DNA from: Dehalococcoidia bacterium
GTDB taxonomy: Bacteria; Chloroflexota; Dehalococcoidia; Lucifugimonadales; JAGWBF01
Direction: 5' to 3'
Assembly: GCA_965226865.1 (NCBI GenBank)
Contig: CBDDEH010000004.1
Location: 1,704,586-1,768,585, forward strand
DNA length: 64,000 bases
The position numbers and the translations under genes are program-made. A model generated the notes under the pieces. The model did no database searches, was not told where the DNA came from, and was given only the letters and a program-made list of their open reading frames with translations. Positions 62,846 through 64,000 of this stretch are shown here, piece after piece (position 1 is the stretch's first letter; every line of letters starts with the position of its first letter).

Positions 62846-63094
62846 TCCTCTTCTAATGGGCGCTCTGCTTGGAGCGGGAAACGAAGGTGGTCGACACGGG
62901 TCGCTGGACCGCACGGGAGAAGGGGAGGCCGCCGCTGCGTTGGCGGCCTCCCCAGGCTCGTTCATATATGTCGCCTTTCTTGCGTTTCGGCCCGGACCGC
63001 CAGGCCATGTGTGCACCCCCAGGGTCTTTTCAAAGTCGCTCAACCCTGCCTGATGGTGAGGCAGGTCCGTGAAAGGTGTCTAATGTCCACACCC

Positions 63095-63172
63095 GTCATT
63101 CCCACGAAAGTGGGAATCTACAGCTTGGGCTCCCACTGGATTCCCTGCCTGCCGCAGACAGGCCGGAATGAC
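63095..63172. repeat. small palindromic (MITE/REP-like) element
   Basis: It is bracketed by GTCATTCC ... GGAATGAC. It contains the hairpin ATTCCCAC-GAAA-GTGGGAAT and a second imperfect hairpin ending in CCGGAAT. Confidence 0.45.
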
Positions 63173-63258
63173 GATGTGCGGTTTTACAGAAAATGAAAAG
63201 ACGCAACATGGTAGAATCGCATCGGTAGGAACAATGCCCTGAGAAAGGGGTCGAAGAG

Positions 63259-63531
63259 ATGGCAACGCCAGTCCGCCGGCCTGCCGAGGAGACGGGTCGC
63301 CTCGGCGATGAGATATACGATAGGGACATCCGCCATCTTGTTGAGGCGGACCATCATGGCGAGTTCGTCGCCATCGACGTGGACAGCGGGGACTACGCCA
63401 TCGCCGGTAGCGTCCTTGCCGCAGCGGAGCGTCTGCGTGCCCGACGCCCGGACGCCGATGCCTGGTTGGTGCGGGTGGGGCATCCTACGTTGCGCACCTT
63501 CGGGGGCAGTTCCCTGTGGAGAGCCAAGTGA
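63259..63531 (+). CDS. small protein of unknown function preceding the aspartic protease gene
   Basis: 90 aa ORF (GEFVAIDVDSGDYAIAGSVLAAAERLRARRPDADAWLVRVGH). Its end overlaps the start of the next gene. Confidence 0.5.
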   Translation: MATPVRRPAEETGRLGDEIYDRDIRHLVEADHHGEFVAIDVDSGDYAIAGSVLAAAERLRARRPDADAWLVRVGHPTLRTFGGSSLWRAK

Positions 63532-63904
63532 TAGAGGGTGTGGTGAACGGCTTTCTTGAAGCGGTAGTGAGCCTTCCGGTACGAGGTCCGGAGGACCGGG
63601 AGCGGGAGATAGAAGCCGTGATAGACACCGGGTACAGCGGCAATCTGGCCTTGCCGCCGGAGCTGGTGGCTGAGTTGGAGTTGCCCTTTGTGATCCGTAG
63701 CCGGTCGGCTCTGGCTGACGGTACGGTACGGTGGTGGCCTTCAACGTCCACGGCGCCACAGTGGTCTGGGACGGTCGGCCACGATACGTTGACATTGACG
63801 CAGTGGGCGTCGCACCCCTGCTGGGCATGGACCTGATGGACAGCCATAGCCTGTACGTGGAAATCACTGACGGCGGGCGCGTAATCATAGAACCGAGGGG
63901 GTAA
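63516..63904 (+). pseudogene. retropepsin-like (clan AA) aspartic protease, frameshifted
   Basis: Active-site IDTGYSG. After ALADGT the frame is broken by the tandem GGTAC-GGTAC at 63719-63728. Removing one copy restores ...ADGTVVAFNVHGATVVWDGRPRYVDIDAVGVAPLLGMDLMDSH...EPRG, with the stop at 63902-63904. Confidence 0.7.
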
Positions 63905-64000
63905 CCGCAACACCGTGTTCAACCCTGTTTATCTCCCATTGATGCTTGTGGGCGCGGGCGCTTCCCGCCCCGCCGGGGGGCCTCCCGCGCCCCGCTTACC

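Overview
The window splits at a tRNA-Ala(GGC) gene (27075-27150).

LEFT 27 kb: ordinary chromosome.
- A catabolic cluster: two acyl-CoA dehydrogenases, a crotonase, a D-aminoacylase-type amidohydrolase, an LLM-type oxidoreductase, two family III CoA-transferases, and two NHL-propeller paralogues (one frameshifted).
- Two thioredoxin-fold lipoproteins.
- Housekeeping genes: ogt, dnaE, an SDR, polA, a PrpD/MmgE-family gene, coaD, rsmD, greA, lysS, serS.
- The paralogue families are reminiscent of Chloroflexota (SAR202-like), but that is only a guess.

RIGHT 37 kb: a mosaic accessory region with visibly heterogeneous GC content.
- At least six IS copies: 2x IS1380-family, one IS3/IS407-like, 2x IS110-family, one IS1182-family, plus an IS21-like remnant.
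- A tightly coupled 7-gene minus-strand operon built around a type I R-M system: a small Cys-rich protein, hsdM, a HEPN gene, an MNT fused in frame to hsdS, a DUF2806-like gene in the prrC position, hsdR with two frameshifts, and an IS-split ORF of about 450 codons.
- An ORF of about 1400 codons with a GHKL ATPase head and an HNH nuclease tail, split by the IS3 element and one frameshift. This is my best candidate for an undescribed system.
- Three toxin-antitoxin pairs: HEPN/MNT, HigBA and BrnTA.
- A truncated large serine recombinase.
- Plasmid/ICE-type genes: a tandem wHTH-Replic_Relax protein and a Xis-like HTH protein.
- A four-HTH regulator carrying a perfect 219 bp tandem duplication.
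- A retropepsin-like protease pair.

CAVEAT: most accessory genes carry lesions (frameshifts, amber codons, IS insertions). Several frameshifts sit in G/C homopolymers, so assembly error must be excluded before calling them decay.

All functional calls come from motif recognition by eye. No database search was run.
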